Source of the DNA: an uncultured Gemmatimonadaceae bacterium
GTDB taxonomy: Bacteria; Gemmatimonadota; Gemmatimonadetes; Gemmatimonadales; Gemmatimonadaceae
NCBI GenBank assembly: GCA_963829055.1
Contig: CAWHHI010000020.1
Span: forward strand, 352,001 to 416,000
Length of the DNA: 64,000 bases
Direction of reading: 5' to 3'
Both the position numbers and the translations under genes were made by a program. Positions 52,780-63,198 of the stretch are shown one piece after another. Below the pieces are notes generated by a model that saw only the letters and a program-made list of their open reading frames with translations, ran no database searches and was not told the origin of the DNA. Each line of letters starts with the position of its first letter. Position 1 is the stretch's first letter.

Positions 52780-55700
52780 TCAGAACCGCCAGACGCGATC
52801 GAAGTCCAACCCCCACTGTCGGGGCGTGAGGGCGCTACCTCGAGCGGCTGCTTCGTTCGCGCACGTGGCCCCGTTCGTCGACGGCGCAGAGCTCACCGAT
52901 CCCAGCAGCCCACGGTGGAATCGATAGTCGAGCGAGACGCCCAACGTCTCGCCGAGGTTGGTCGACGTTGTTCCGCCGGTCAGCGCACAGAGCCCGGCAT
53001 CGACCTTCAGGAAGAGACGACTCGTCAGCTGCTTCCCGACTCCCAACCGGCTGGCATAGAAGGCGTTGGCCGCGCTCTGCGAGCTACCATCGTTCCGGTC
53101 CGTCGCGGCACCCGGTGTCACGTTCACGACGTCGAACATGCCACCAGCGAGCCGCTGGGCGACCGCGCTCGTCGCCGTTGCCACGAGCTCACTGGTAACC
53201 GCGCCCTGGTTGAACGCATTCCCCACTGCGTGACCCGACTGGCCAGTGATGAGATAACTCATGAGCTCGGCCTGACTCAGCTTCGAGTCCGCACTCGATA
53301 ACGTCAGGACCGGTCGCTCCAATGTGCCGCCCAGGTGCGCCCGAACGCGTGGTGCGCGTCCGCCAGAGCTCCGGGAGGATTCATCGGCCTCGCGTGCATA
53401 CACGGCATTGATGTCGAGGCGCGGATTCATCTCGGGTTCGCCGGTGAATTGAACCGAGCCCTGCTCGAGCTCGAACGTCCTCGTGAATGCACCGAGATTG
53501 AGCCGATAGGTACCGCGCTGGGTCACGAGGGCGCCACGAAGCGCTATCTGCCCACCCGCGACGCCCGGCTGAGACGCTGCCCTCTCGAGCCCAATGGATC
53601 CGCCCAGCTGCACGCTGGCTTCAGCGGAGCGCAGCCAGACGTTAGGCCCCATCGCCACGTTGACATCGGCGATCGCTACCCGCTGGAGGATGGATGAGGT
53701 GTCGCTGCGCTCCAGATGGGCGGGCGCCAGGCTGTCGACGAGTCGCACGAACGCCGTATCGTCGACCCCGACGACGCCTGCCCGGCCCATGTCCGGCAGT
53801 CGCAGGACTCCACGGTCCACGGTGATTTTTCCAGAGAGCGTCGGACGCGTCGCGGAGCCAGCAAGGCGTAGGTCGGTCGTCACGTCGAGGTCGGCCGTTT
53901 CAGCCAGGCGCATCAGCGCCATGGATGACGTGCGGAGACGCAGATCAACGGTGCTCGTGTCCGAGATTCCGAGTACGCCCTTCAGCTCGGCGCGTCCTCC
54001 AGCATCGCCGTCGCCACGAACCGTCGCCTGGGCAATCGTGATGCGGTCCGATGCCAGCTCGATTGCCGCGTTTGCGTCATGGACGCCGATGCCGAGCGCG
54101 TCGATTCGTGCAGCCCCACCACTCAACGACGCAGTCCCCACCGCTCGTGGTCGGCGTGCGGTTCCCGACAGCGTGATCTGGGTGCGGAGCACGCCCGCTG
54201 CTATGTGAATGCCCGGTATGAGCCTCGTGATATCGGGAAGGTAGAGGCTGTCGATCGCCACGGTCCCGGTGATCGGCTCATCGAGCAGCTCCGCCTTCGC
54301 GGGCGACAGCGATAGTCGCACCGGTCCGTCCGCTCGCGCTGCCAGAAGACTTCTGGCGCCTTGGCGCGCCTCGACGCTGACACGCACCTTGTTCTCGGCG
54401 TACGAGACATCGGCAACGACGCTGTCGACGTACATCGAGTCGAGCTGGGGCAGACGGGCGCGCAGTCGGCCCGTTCCCCGCGGTACGAGCGCGGTTCCCT
54501 CGAGGCGTGCCGTCGCATCGATCAGGACGCGGAGCGAATCGCGCGGGCCGCCAGGGCCGGGAATCAGCAGCGGGACGTCGGCGACGTCGAGCGCGACGGC
54601 AATCGATCCGGTATCGCGGTAGACGCCCGAGAGTCTCGCCAGCGCGCCGCGCCCCCCGCGGAGCTCCATCGTGTCGAGCGCGATGGTGCCGTCGCCCACG
54701 CGCCGGAACCGTGTGGGCCGAGTCAGATGCACATCCACGCCAGGATACCGAACCGCGAGCGAATCGAGATCGACCGCGACGGTATCGCCGCGGACGGAGA
54801 CCGCGCCTAACGCACCGCCGCCGAGTTGATCGGCGTCGGCGGTGGCCAGCGCCACCTCCCAGCGGTGTCCGTCGTCGCTCCGCGCGGTGGCGGACAGCGA
54901 GGCGAACGACAAGCCACCCGCGGTCACCGAATCGACGCGGAGCGTCGCCTGGCCGCGCGGGGTCGACCGAAGGCCGGTCATCGTCGCAGTCGCCCGTGCG
55001 CGGGCGACGTTCCCGGACGGCGATGTCATGCCCGTCACCTCGACCTCGCCGCTGGCGTCCAGCGAATCGACCGAACCGGTGAGGCGGGCCCGCGCCACCA
55101 ACGTCCCTGCGATCGAGTCGATTTGACTGCGTTTCTCCGACTGCGCCGTCTCGCGTGCGACCGTATCGCCGACGCCTAACGCGCGCAGGATCGGACCCAG
55201 CTCGGCGAGCGACAGCGAGGTGGTCAGGTTCAGCGTGTCGCCAACGTTGGCGTGGAGGCCGAGCGCGCCGTGTAGCTGCACCGTTCCAGCAGACGTGGCC
55301 ACGACGACACTGTCCGCCACGACGCGCGACTCCGTGAGCGTGAGCCGCACGTTGGATGGCTGGACCGTGATGCCAGCGATCGTGCCGTTCAGGTTCGTCA
55401 GCGCCGCGGTTCCACGAAGCGCGCTGAACGACTCGCCGGCGAGGTCGACGTCCACAGAGGCGTCGAGCGCTCCGTCCGGCACGCTCGGGCGACCGGTCGC
55501 CGCGCGAGCGTTCGCGCCGCGCACCTGTGCCGTCGCGCGAATCGCCGGGCCCGACTTGTCGTCATGGTACCGGCCGACGAGCGTCACTGATCCAGCGATA
55601 CTACGAGCCGTGCCATCCAGCGAGAGGTCGCGAGCTGTTCCGCGAACGCGAAACTGGCCATCGACGTTCGGGATGTTCGCGAGCTCGGGGTAGCTCTGCG

Positions 55701-57315
55701 CGACGGCTCCCGGTGCGAATGGTCGCGCGTTCACCTCGAAGTCGAACGTGGGCTCGTCGTCGTCGAGGTCGACGCGTCCACTCCCGAGAATGCGCAGTGG
55801 CATCGCGTCGCGTTCGGCGTATCGAATATCGGCGTCGACGATGCGCAGATGCTGCGGCGTGGAGTCCAGCGTCACGGATCCGACGAAGCGTCCGCTGAGC
55901 GGCGGCAGCGCCGGCACGATGCCGCGGATCGTGCGCGCGTCGATGGGATTCGCCGCCAGCACCAGCTTCGAGAATGCGACACCGGCCTCACCGCCTAACG
56001 TGATCGACCCGTGGCCGGTCACGCGATTCGCGCTGCCTGGCACGGTCTCATCGGCATACCGGGCGTCGAGACTGTCGATGTGGAGCGCGGGATCGGTCGC
56101 GCTCCCATGGGCAACGACGCGTCCGGTCAGTCCGCCGCGCAGCGCGGGTGGGATCGCGTCCCCGGCCAGGATGCGCAGCAGGTCCGTATGCAGCGGAGCC
56201 AGGTCGAGCGCCGCGTGTTGGATCGTCACTGCATTCGCTTCGCTCGATGCGCTCACCTCGACGCTCACGTCGCCACGCAGACCCGAGCGCGCGGCGTGCA
56301 GGTCGGCCCCGGAGACGCGGTACGTGGTCGGCTGGCTCCCCCCCGCCGACGTCACCGCGAGCTCGAGGCGTCCTCCCCCAACCGTCGGCAGGTCAGGCAG
56401 AAACGCCGCGAGGTCCGCGAGTGCGAGCGTATCGGCAGTGATCGTCGCGTCGATCATGGGCGTCCCGGCCGCGCCCCAGTCCACGTGCCCGCGCGCGTGC
56501 AGTGCAGTCAGACCGACGGCCACGGTTGGCAGGTCCACCGTGGCAGCCTCTCCGACCAGCGCGACGCGACCCGCGATGCGATGCACCGCGAGCGGCGGGT
56601 CGTCGACGGCGACGGAGAGGCTCGTCAGGTTCGCGATCGCCGTGGTATCGCCGATCTCGGTGCGAATGAGCGGCGCATCGATGGTGATCGCCGTGATCGC
56701 CCGGCGTCTGACGAGCGCGGTGCCGACGCGGCGAACGACCGGCAGATGGCTGGTGAGCGCGGCGGCGATCGCACGGTCGCGCGCCGCGCCACGCAACGAG
56801 TCGGGTGGTGCCCACGGCACCTCGAGGAACACCGCGCCCTGAGACACGTGCACCGAGCCATCGACAACCACGCGTGCCGGTCCGGTGCTTGGCGTTGGTG
56901 GTGACGTGTCTGGTCGAATGGCGCGCGACCAGTTCCACACACCCGACGGGGCTTGACGCACGACGACGTACGGCCGCGCCACGTCGAGTGACGTGACAAC
57001 GAGCCGCTGCTGAATCAGCGCGCCGAACCGGCACGTGGCGCGCGTGGGACCAAGCGCCACGAGCAGCGAGTCATCCGGGCCGCGAAGGGAAACCGAGTCG
57101 ATCGCCAGCGCGCATCCGGGGCCGAACCGCAGCGCGCCGAGGTGCAGCGACCCGAGCAGGTAGCGCTCGGCGATCTGCACGGCCACCTGCCTAACGCGCT
57201 CACGGCCGAACGCGGATTGCGTCACGAGCACGAACGCGACGAGCAGCACGCCGATGAGCGTCGTCAGGCCCACGCCGGCCCACCTGATGCCGCGGACCCA
57301 CCAGGGGCGCGCCAT
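52780..57315 (-). CDS. tamB: Translocation and assembly module TamB
   Basis: 1511 aa, N-terminal TM, long beta-rich region, C-terminal GSVQFTGEPEMNPRLDI...LGGTLERPVLTL, ends WRF; adjacent to an Omp85 gene. Confidence 0.9.
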   Translation of the reverse strand: MARPWWVRGIRWAGVGLTTLIGVLLVAFVLVTQSAFGRERVRQVAVQIAERYLLGSLHLGALRFGPGCALAIDSVSLRGPDDSLLVALGPTRATCRFGALIQQRLVVTSLDVARPYVVVRQAPSGVWNWSRAIRPDTSPPTPSTGPARVVVDGSVHVSQGAVFLEVPWAPPDSLRGAARDRAIAAALTSHLPVVRRVGTALVRRRAITAITIDAPLIRTEIGDTTAIANLTSLSVAVDDPPLAVHRIAGRVALVGEAATVDLPTVAVGLTALHARGHVDWGAAGTPMIDATITADTLALADLAAFLPDLPTVGGGRLELAVTSAGGSQPTTYRVSGADLHAARSGLRGDVSVEVSASSEANAVTIQHAALDLAPLHTDLLRILAGDAIPPALRGGLTGRVVAHGSATDPALHIDSLDARYADETVPGSANRVTGHGSITLGGEAGVAFSKLVLAANPIDARTIRGIVPALPPLSGRFVGSVTLDSTPQHLRIVDADIRYAERDAMPLRILGSGRVDLDDDEPTFDFEVNARPFAPGAVAQSYPELANIPNVDGQFRVRGTARDLSLDGTARSIAGSVTLVGRYHDDKSGPAIRATAQVRGANARAATGRPSVPDGALDASVDVDLAGESFSALRGTAALTNLNGTIAGITVQPSNVRLTLTESRVVADSVVVATSAGTVQLHGALGLHANVGDTLNLTTSLSLAELGPILRALGVGDTVARETAQSEKRSQIDSIAGTLVARARLTGSVDSLDASGEVEVTGMTSPSGNVARARATATMTGLRSTPRGQATLRVDSVTAGGLSFASLSATARSDDGHRWEVALATADADQLGGGALGAVSVRGDTVAVDLDSLAVRYPGVDVHLTRPTRFRRVGDGTIALDTMELRGGRGALARLSGVYRDTGSIAVALDVADVPLLIPGPGGPRDSLRVLIDATARLEGTALVPRGTGRLRARLPQLDSMYVDSVVADVSYAENKVRVSVEARQGARSLLAARADGPVRLSLSPAKAELLDEPITGTVAIDSLYLPDITRLIPGIHIAAGVLRTQITLSGTARRPRAVGTASLSGGAARIDALGIGVHDANAAIELASDRITIAQATVRGDGDAGGRAELKGVLGISDTSTVDLRLRTSSMALMRLAETADLDVTTDLRLAGSATRPTLSGKITVDRGVLRLPDMGRAGVVGVDDTAFVRLVDSLAPAHLERSDTSSILQRVAIADVNVAMGPNVWLRSAEASVQLGGSIGLERAASQPGVAGGQIALRGALVTQRGTYRLNLGAFTRTFELEQGSVQFTGEPEMNPRLDINAVYAREADESSRSSGGRAPRVRAHLGGTLERPVLTLSSADSKLSQAELMSYLITGQSGHAVGNAFNQGAVTSELVATATSAVAQRLAGGMFDVVNVTPGAATDRNDGSSQSAANAFYASRLGVGKQLTSRLFLKVDAGLCALTGGTTSTNLGETLGVSLDYRFHRGLLGSVSSAPSTNGATCANEAAARGSALTPRQWGLDFDRVWRF

Positions 57316-59600
57316 CAGAACGCCTGCCCGATCGAGAAGTGGATCGTCAATCGATCGAAGAACCCACTCGGGCGACTCGGCTGGAACGTGGAGGGGCAGA
57401 ACCCTTCGGCCTGCGTCGGCAGAATGGGATTACCCTGCGCGTCCGTTTGCCCGAACCCGCTAACCGGGAGCGTGTTGCCGATACTCACGCAGTACAACGG
57501 CGCGTTGGCGTACCCGACGGGCGCGTCCCGATAGGCAGGCCCCAGCGGACTCCGGTACGAGTTTCCCGCGATGTCCAATCGGATCGGACCGATCGGCGTC
57601 GAGATGCGCACCCCTAGTCCCGGGGTGAGAAACAGTGTCGTGTTGGTGAGCTGTGGCTCACCGATGACCCACACGTTGCCTGCATCGACGAATAGCACGA
57701 ACTGCAGGAGCGACGTGAGGATGGGGGGCCGAATCCGGAGCTCGAGATTTGCGACCGCCGATGCCGAGCCGCCGGTTGGGACGGCGCGCCACTCGGTGCT
57801 GTCGGGCGGCAGCGCCCAGAGGAGCGTGTCGGTACCCTGCACCACCGCGCGAATGCTGTCCGCGAGGTAGACACGCGGCCCGACCTCGTTCTGGTGGAAC
57901 CCGCGCACCGTCGACGCGCCGCCGGCGAAGAGTCGCTCGGCCTGCGGAATGAAGTCGCCCCCCGGAAGTCCGGCGACGACCGACGCCTGCGCGCGCGCTG
58001 CCAACACCATGGTTGGCGTGAGCGGAAAATAGGCCGCGGCGTTGACTCGCCCGCCGATGATCTGCTGACGCACCGCCGTGCCCAGCCACTGCGGGGCAAT
58101 CCGCATCTCCGTCTGGAACGATCGCCCGCGGGTCGGATCCGTCGGCGTGTCGGTGTTGTCGTACGTCACGACGACGCTGGCCAGCCCGAACGGCAATGCC
58201 TCCGTGAACTGCTCCCGGTCGGACGCGAGGCACGCCGAGAAGGTCGCGCACAACACGGCCGGCTGTGCCTCGGTGCGTCCGTAGCTCAGGTCGTACACGA
58301 GTGCGCCGCGCCAACGACGACCGATCGCGCGCGACGCCGATGCCGAGCCGCCAATGCTCGTCGTTTTCAGGTACGCGAGATACTCGGACCGCCGCTCGGT
58401 GTACAGCGACACGGAACGCGTCCAGGCGCCTAACGATGCCAGCGCATACGTGCCGCCGACGTAGTAGTTCAATTTGGCACTGTACGGATCGGCCTGGGCC
58501 TCGCTCGAGCAGGCGCTGGGCGCAAAATCGAGCGGGTCGCCGACGGCGACCTTGGACAGACGCGTCGTGAGCTCGAGGCGCCCTGGTTGGTTGAATACGC
58601 CCGTCCGACGGGCCTGCAACTGGAGGCGAAAGCAATCGAGCGTTGCGTAGCCGGCGCGCAAACGCACCTCGTGTGGCGGCCCTTCAACGACAGCCACGTT
58701 GACATTGGCCGTCCCGTCGCCTCCATCACCGCTCGCCGGACTGCGAATGCTGTCCAGCGTGATCCGAACCTCCTCGAAGAGCCCGACGGCGTCGAGCCCG
58801 CGTCTGGCCTCGCTCAGTTCCTGGGTGCCGAGGACGGACCCGGTCTTGAGTCGCGTGAGGCGCTCGACCTGAGACTCGGGAATGCGCGGCGCGCCGCTGT
58901 CCGCGCCGCGCGCCTCGATCCGCAGCTCGCCCAGGCGGACGCGCGTACCCCGGTCGACATCGATCCATGCCACGCCGTGCTGCGCTCCGGAATCCACACG
59001 CTCGCCGCGTCGCGCGGTCGCGGCGAGATAGCCGGCTCGGCGCAGCCCTACTACCATGGAGGCGCTCGACGCGTCGAGCGAGAAGCGATCGAGTGGCTCG
59101 CCGGGGCGCAGCTTGATGGCGCGTGCGAGCGAGGCGCGCATTGCCGAGTCCTCCACGCCGCGGACTTCGATCGAGTCGACGATGGTCGGCGCATTCTCTC
59201 GAATGGCGAATCGCACTTTCACCGCGCCAAAGCCAGCCGTGTCGACGGCGGCGTCGACGACGACACGCGGATAGCCCTTGCGACGATAGAGCAGCATCAG
59301 CCGCGCGGCGTCACGAAGCAGGGCCCCCTGGACCAGGCATCGACGCGCTCCGAACAGGCGAGTGACGCGTCGCACGCTCGATGACGGTGCCGTCTCGATG
59401 ATGTCCTCGAGCGTCAGGGACGGAATCGCCTTGTTCCCGCTGAACGAGATGGCCTTCACCTCGGGCGCGGACCCGCTGCACGTCGCCTGCGCGAGCGCGC
59501 GAACGGGAACGACGGCACCGAGGCTGAGGACGAGTAACGTCGCGAGTGCCACGCCGCGACGTCGCGCCGGTGGCCTCGCTGCGCCATGGATGGGGATCAC
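57315..59600 (-). CDS. tamA: Omp85-family outer-membrane protein (TamA/BamA-like) with POTRA domains
   Basis: ISFSGNK POTRA; RLFAGGASTVRGF, FVDAGNVW, GVRISTPIGPIRLD, HFSIGQAF. Confidence 0.88.
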   Translation of the reverse strand: MIPIHGAARPPARRRGVALATLLVLSLGAVVPVRALAQATCSGSAPEVKAISFSGNKAIPSLTLEDIIETAPSSSVRRVTRLFGARRCLVQGALLRDAARLMLLYRRKGYPRVVVDAAVDTAGFGAVKVRFAIRENAPTIVDSIEVRGVEDSAMRASLARAIKLRPGEPLDRFSLDASSASMVVGLRRAGYLAATARRGERVDSGAQHGVAWIDVDRGTRVRLGELRIEARGADSGAPRIPESQVERLTRLKTGSVLGTQELSEARRGLDAVGLFEEVRITLDSIRSPASGDGGDGTANVNVAVVEGPPHEVRLRAGYATLDCFRLQLQARRTGVFNQPGRLELTTRLSKVAVGDPLDFAPSACSSEAQADPYSAKLNYYVGGTYALASLGAWTRSVSLYTERRSEYLAYLKTTSIGGSASASRAIGRRWRGALVYDLSYGRTEAQPAVLCATFSACLASDREQFTEALPFGLASVVVTYDNTDTPTDPTRGRSFQTEMRIAPQWLGTAVRQQIIGGRVNAAAYFPLTPTMVLAARAQASVVAGLPGGDFIPQAERLFAGGASTVRGFHQNEVGPRVYLADSIRAVVQGTDTLLWALPPDSTEWRAVPTGGSASAVANLELRIRPPILTSLLQFVLFVDAGNVWVIGEPQLTNTTLFLTPGLGVRISTPIGPIRLDIAGNSYRSPLGPAYRDAPVGYANAPLYCVSIGNTLPVSGFGQTDAQGNPILPTQAEGFCPSTFQPSRPSGFFDRLTIHFSIGQAF

Positions 59601-59881
59601 GGGTCTCGCGGTCGGATCGACCTGGGGTCGCTTCTAGGTTGCGCGCGAGTTTCGGGAGCGCCCATTGGTCCAAGGTATACTGGGCGCGCTATCCGGCGCG
59701 GGCGCATGGTGGAGACAGACGCGGCCGTCCCGGCAGCGAACGAGGAGTCCTATGAGCACTGCGATGTCTGGCGCGCCTTCACCCAGCCCTGCGTCACCGG
59801 CGCGCGCCGAAGCGGCGCGCGCCCGTGACGCGCCGAGGTAGTGGAATTCGCCGTCAACTTTCTGCTGTGAGGTCGACAGCC

Positions 59882-61516
59882 ATGTATGAGTTGGCGTGGC
59901 GTGACAGAGCGATCGTGGTCCTGCTCGCGATGGTCGCGTCGGCCGGCTTCCTCGGCGCGCAGTCCAGCCAGGAACCAAAGCCGGCACCACCGGTGCCGTC
60001 GCCTAACGGGACCGTGTCGTCTATCCAGATCGAGCGCGAGAACGTGTTCGACAAGGCCGAGCGTGAGCGATGGCTCGCGCGCGTGATGAACGGGCTGCAC
60101 ATCGTGACGCGCGAGCCGGTGGTGGCTCGTGAGATGCTGTTTCGCCAGGGCCAGCCGTTCGATTCTACAGAGTTCGCGGAGACGGCGAGAAATCTTCGAA
60201 AGCTCGATGTCTTTCGTGCCGTTTCGGTCGACAGTGCCACGACGGATTCCGGGCTCGTCGCGCTCGTCACCACGCGTGATGCCTGGACGACCCAGCCCTA
60301 CGCGACCTTCAAGTCCGCCGGCGACCAGATCACGTGGGGCATCGGGATGCGGGAGAAGAACCTGCTCGGGTTGGGGATCAAAGCCGGCGTCCGCTATACG
60401 AGCGATCCGGACCGGTCTACCACGTCGTTCACGGCCAACCTCCCTCGCATCTTGCAGGACCGGGTCGATTTTTCAGGGTCGTACGACCTGCTCTCCGACG
60501 GAGAGCGGGGGCGCTTCACCGTGGCGGCGCCGTACACGGCGCTCACGACTCCACGGTCGGCGTCCTTCGAGTGGCTGTACGACGACATCGATATCCTCCG
60601 GTTCTACAACGGTGAGGAAGAGGCGAGCGATACGGTGCGCCGCCTGATGTCCAGTGTGACGCTGCGCGGCGGGCGGGCCAAGAAGGCGTCGCGCGTCGGC
60701 TATCTCAGAACCGGCGTGGCGCTCCGGGCCCGTCGCGACGACTTCCGCGACCTGACCGAGCCGGAGATCGCCAAGGCGGATCGCTCGGTCTTCGGTGATC
60801 TCGAGATGAGCCTCGAGTCGAGCAGCTCGAAGTACCTGGTAATACGCGGGTATCGGAATCTCGTCATGAACGAGGACGTCGATCTCAGTCGCACCATCCG
60901 CGTGAGCCTCTGGGTCGCGCCGTCAGCGCTGGGCTACGAACGAACGGGATTCGGTCCGGCGATGACCATGCACACGGGCAGGCAGTTTTCGAAGGGGTTC
61001 ACGTATTCGGATCTGCGCGCGTCGTCGCTGTTCACCAGCAGCGGTCTCGATTCGGGAAGTGTCGCGGGTCTGGCCGTCCTCTTACTGCACCCAGCACCGC
61101 GGCATGCGGTGGTGTTCAACGTCAACGCCGGGATGCAGAAGAACGCGCATCCCGGGGCGGAATTCGACCTCGGCCTAACGTTTGGGCCGCGCGGCTTTCC
61201 GGCCCACTCGTTCACGGGCGACCGCGCGTTCTTCACGACGGCGGAATATCGGTGGCTCGCCATCCCGGATATCATGGGGCTGGTCGCCGTGGGGCTGGCC
61301 GGGTTCGCCGACTACGGCGGCGCGTGGTACTCCGGATCGCCGAGCCGCACCGGCACGGATGTGGGCATCGGGCTCCGATTCGGGTCCATCCGGGGATCGG
61401 CAACCAAGGGCGCGACCCGCATCGATCTCGCGCACCGGTTCGCGAATGACGCGTTAGGCGCGAAGTGGGTCATCGCCATCGGCTCCGGCTTTGCGTTCGA
61501 CCGACCGCCGCCGTAA
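59882..61516 (+). CDS. Omp85-like surface-antigen protein with one POTRA
   Basis: TREPVVAREMLF..G..FD...ETARNLR, EKNLLGLG, PRGFP, FADYGGAW, DVGIGLRF. Confidence 0.8.
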   Translation: MYELAWRDRAIVVLLAMVASAGFLGAQSSQEPKPAPPVPSPNGTVSSIQIERENVFDKAERERWLARVMNGLHIVTREPVVAREMLFRQGQPFDSTEFAETARNLRKLDVFRAVSVDSATTDSGLVALVTTRDAWTTQPYATFKSAGDQITWGIGMREKNLLGLGIKAGVRYTSDPDRSTTSFTANLPRILQDRVDFSGSYDLLSDGERGRFTVAAPYTALTTPRSASFEWLYDDIDILRFYNGEEEASDTVRRLMSSVTLRGGRAKKASRVGYLRTGVALRARRDDFRDLTEPEIAKADRSVFGDLEMSLESSSSKYLVIRGYRNLVMNEDVDLSRTIRVSLWVAPSALGYERTGFGPAMTMHTGRQFSKGFTYSDLRASSLFTSSGLDSGSVAGLAVLLLHPAPRHAVVFNVNAGMQKNAHPGAEFDLGLTFGPRGFPAHSFTGDRAFFTTAEYRWLAIPDIMGLVAVGLAGFADYGGAWYSGSPSRTGTDVGIGLRFGSIRGSATKGATRIDLAHRFANDALGAKWVIAIGSGFAFDRPPP

Positions 61517-61710
61517 CACACGGAGCGCACTGCGTAGCGCCGCTTTCCATCGCGCAACGACGCGCACTCGCGGCGCGGACGGCGGTTACCTACGAAGGTC
61601 CAATGGTCTCCCCTTCCCCGGTGCGCGATGGTGGAGATGAGAGCAGGACCCATCTGATAACGAGTCGCGTCGACGTGCAGCAAGGCGTCCAATCCGGGGC
61701 AGGAGGAACG

Positions 61711-62412
61711 ATGAGAATGAAGCAGATTTCGGTAGCCGTACTTGGCGCAGCCGCCGTACTGACGTGCGTCACGGCGGCCGCCGTCGCTCAGGGTTCGGGG
61801 TCGTCGAACGTCGAGCTGGTCGCGCAGTATGCGACCGACAAGCTCAAGTCCGAGCTCACGCTGACGGAGGACCAGATTCCGAAGGTGCACAAGGTCAACC
61901 TTGCTGCCTCGAAGGATCTCCAGACGCTTCTCCTGAAATACGACGCCGATACGAGCGCCGCCTCGGACGCCGAGTTGGCGCGCGGTCTCGTCACCGCGAG
62001 GCGCGCCCAACAAACCGAGCTGAAGAAGGTCCTCACGCCATCGCAGTGGACGTTGCATCAGCAACACAAGGCGGAGAACCTGGCGCTCTCGCAAACCGAG
62101 ATCATGGCGCAGGACCTCAACCTGACGCGGAGCCAGATCCTGGACGTCAGCAGGATCAACCAGGACGGCGCGAACAAGTTGGTGAAAGCGCTCGACAAAC
62201 CGCTGAGCGCCACGAAGCCCGTTCCGGCCGCGATACGCGAGGCCGCCATGCCGGTCATCGAGGCGCGAGATCGCCAGCTCGAGAAGGTGCTGACCGTCGA
62301 TCAGTTCAAGAAGATGCAGGCGAACCGGCGCGCCCTGATGGAGTTGTTCCTGAGCGAGGCAAGTACCAACGCAACGACGTCGGCAGCCGCCGCTTCGAAG
62401 CCGAAATCCTGA
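61711..62412 (+). CDS. Periplasmic helical protein with internal duplication (Spy/CpxP-like pattern)
   Basis: AGGAGG SD, signal peptide; ELTLTEDQI...LKKVLTPSQW and DLNLTRSQI...LEKVLTVDQF. Confidence 0.75.
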   Translation: MRMKQISVAVLGAAAVLTCVTAAAVAQGSGSSNVELVAQYATDKLKSELTLTEDQIPKVHKVNLAASKDLQTLLLKYDADTSAASDAELARGLVTARRAQQTELKKVLTPSQWTLHQQHKAENLALSQTEIMAQDLNLTRSQILDVSRINQDGANKLVKALDKPLSATKPVPAAIREAAMPVIEARDRQLEKVLTVDQFKKMQANRRALMELFLSEASTNATTSAAAASKPKS

Positions 62413-62476
62413 AAACGCGACCCACACCGTGGTCGCGTCTCACTCCCATTCATCCAATCCCTTTCGGAGGTTCGTG

Positions 62477-63041
62477 ATGCCCTGGCTCATTCGACGCGCG
62501 CACCGCGCATCAACCACTCGGCGTGGTGCCGGAGCTGTCCCTCTCGTGGCGGCGGCACTGGTGCTCGCAGGCTGTGCGAGCTCCGTCCATGTGGCCACCG
62601 ACTACGATCGCGGCAGCGAACTTCACGTCGTACAAGACGTACTCGTGGCGGGACGGAACGAAGCTGCCCAATCCACTCATGTCCGAGCGCCTGGTTAGTG
62701 CCGTGGACGCGCAGCTCGCGTCGAAGGGCCTCTCGAAAGTCGAGACCGGTGGCGACCTCACGGTGACGTACCACGCCTCGGCCGAGAAGTCGGTCGACGT
62801 GCAGACGTTCCAGACGGGCGGGACGTACGGGTGTTGGGGTGGGTGCGGATCGACGTCCACGAGTGTCACCCCGGTGACCCACGGCACGATCATCGTCGAT
62901 CTCGTCGATGGGAAGAGCAACAAGATGCTCTGGCGCGGCACCGCGTCCGACGCGGTGTCGGATAACCCGAAGGAGAACGAGGGGAAGATCAACGAAGGTG
63001 TCGCGAGGATGTTCAAGGACTACCCGCCGAAGAAGGCCTGA
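62477..63041 (+). CDS. DUF4136-like lipoprotein (frameshift near 62610)
   Basis: LAGC lipobox, VATDYD; FTSYKTYSW...GTIIVDLVD..LWRG...FKDYPP. Confidence 0.82.
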
Positions 63042-63198
63042 TCACCTCGCCTAGCGGGTGATTAGCGAAGCCCGGCCGGTCGAAGCACGATCCACCGCGG
63101 CAGTAACGACTCCGGGTCGGAGTCCACGCTGCTCGCGGTGGATCGCGTTCATGGCGCTGCTGGCGACGATCCAGGAAATCGGACGGTAGCGACCCTTC

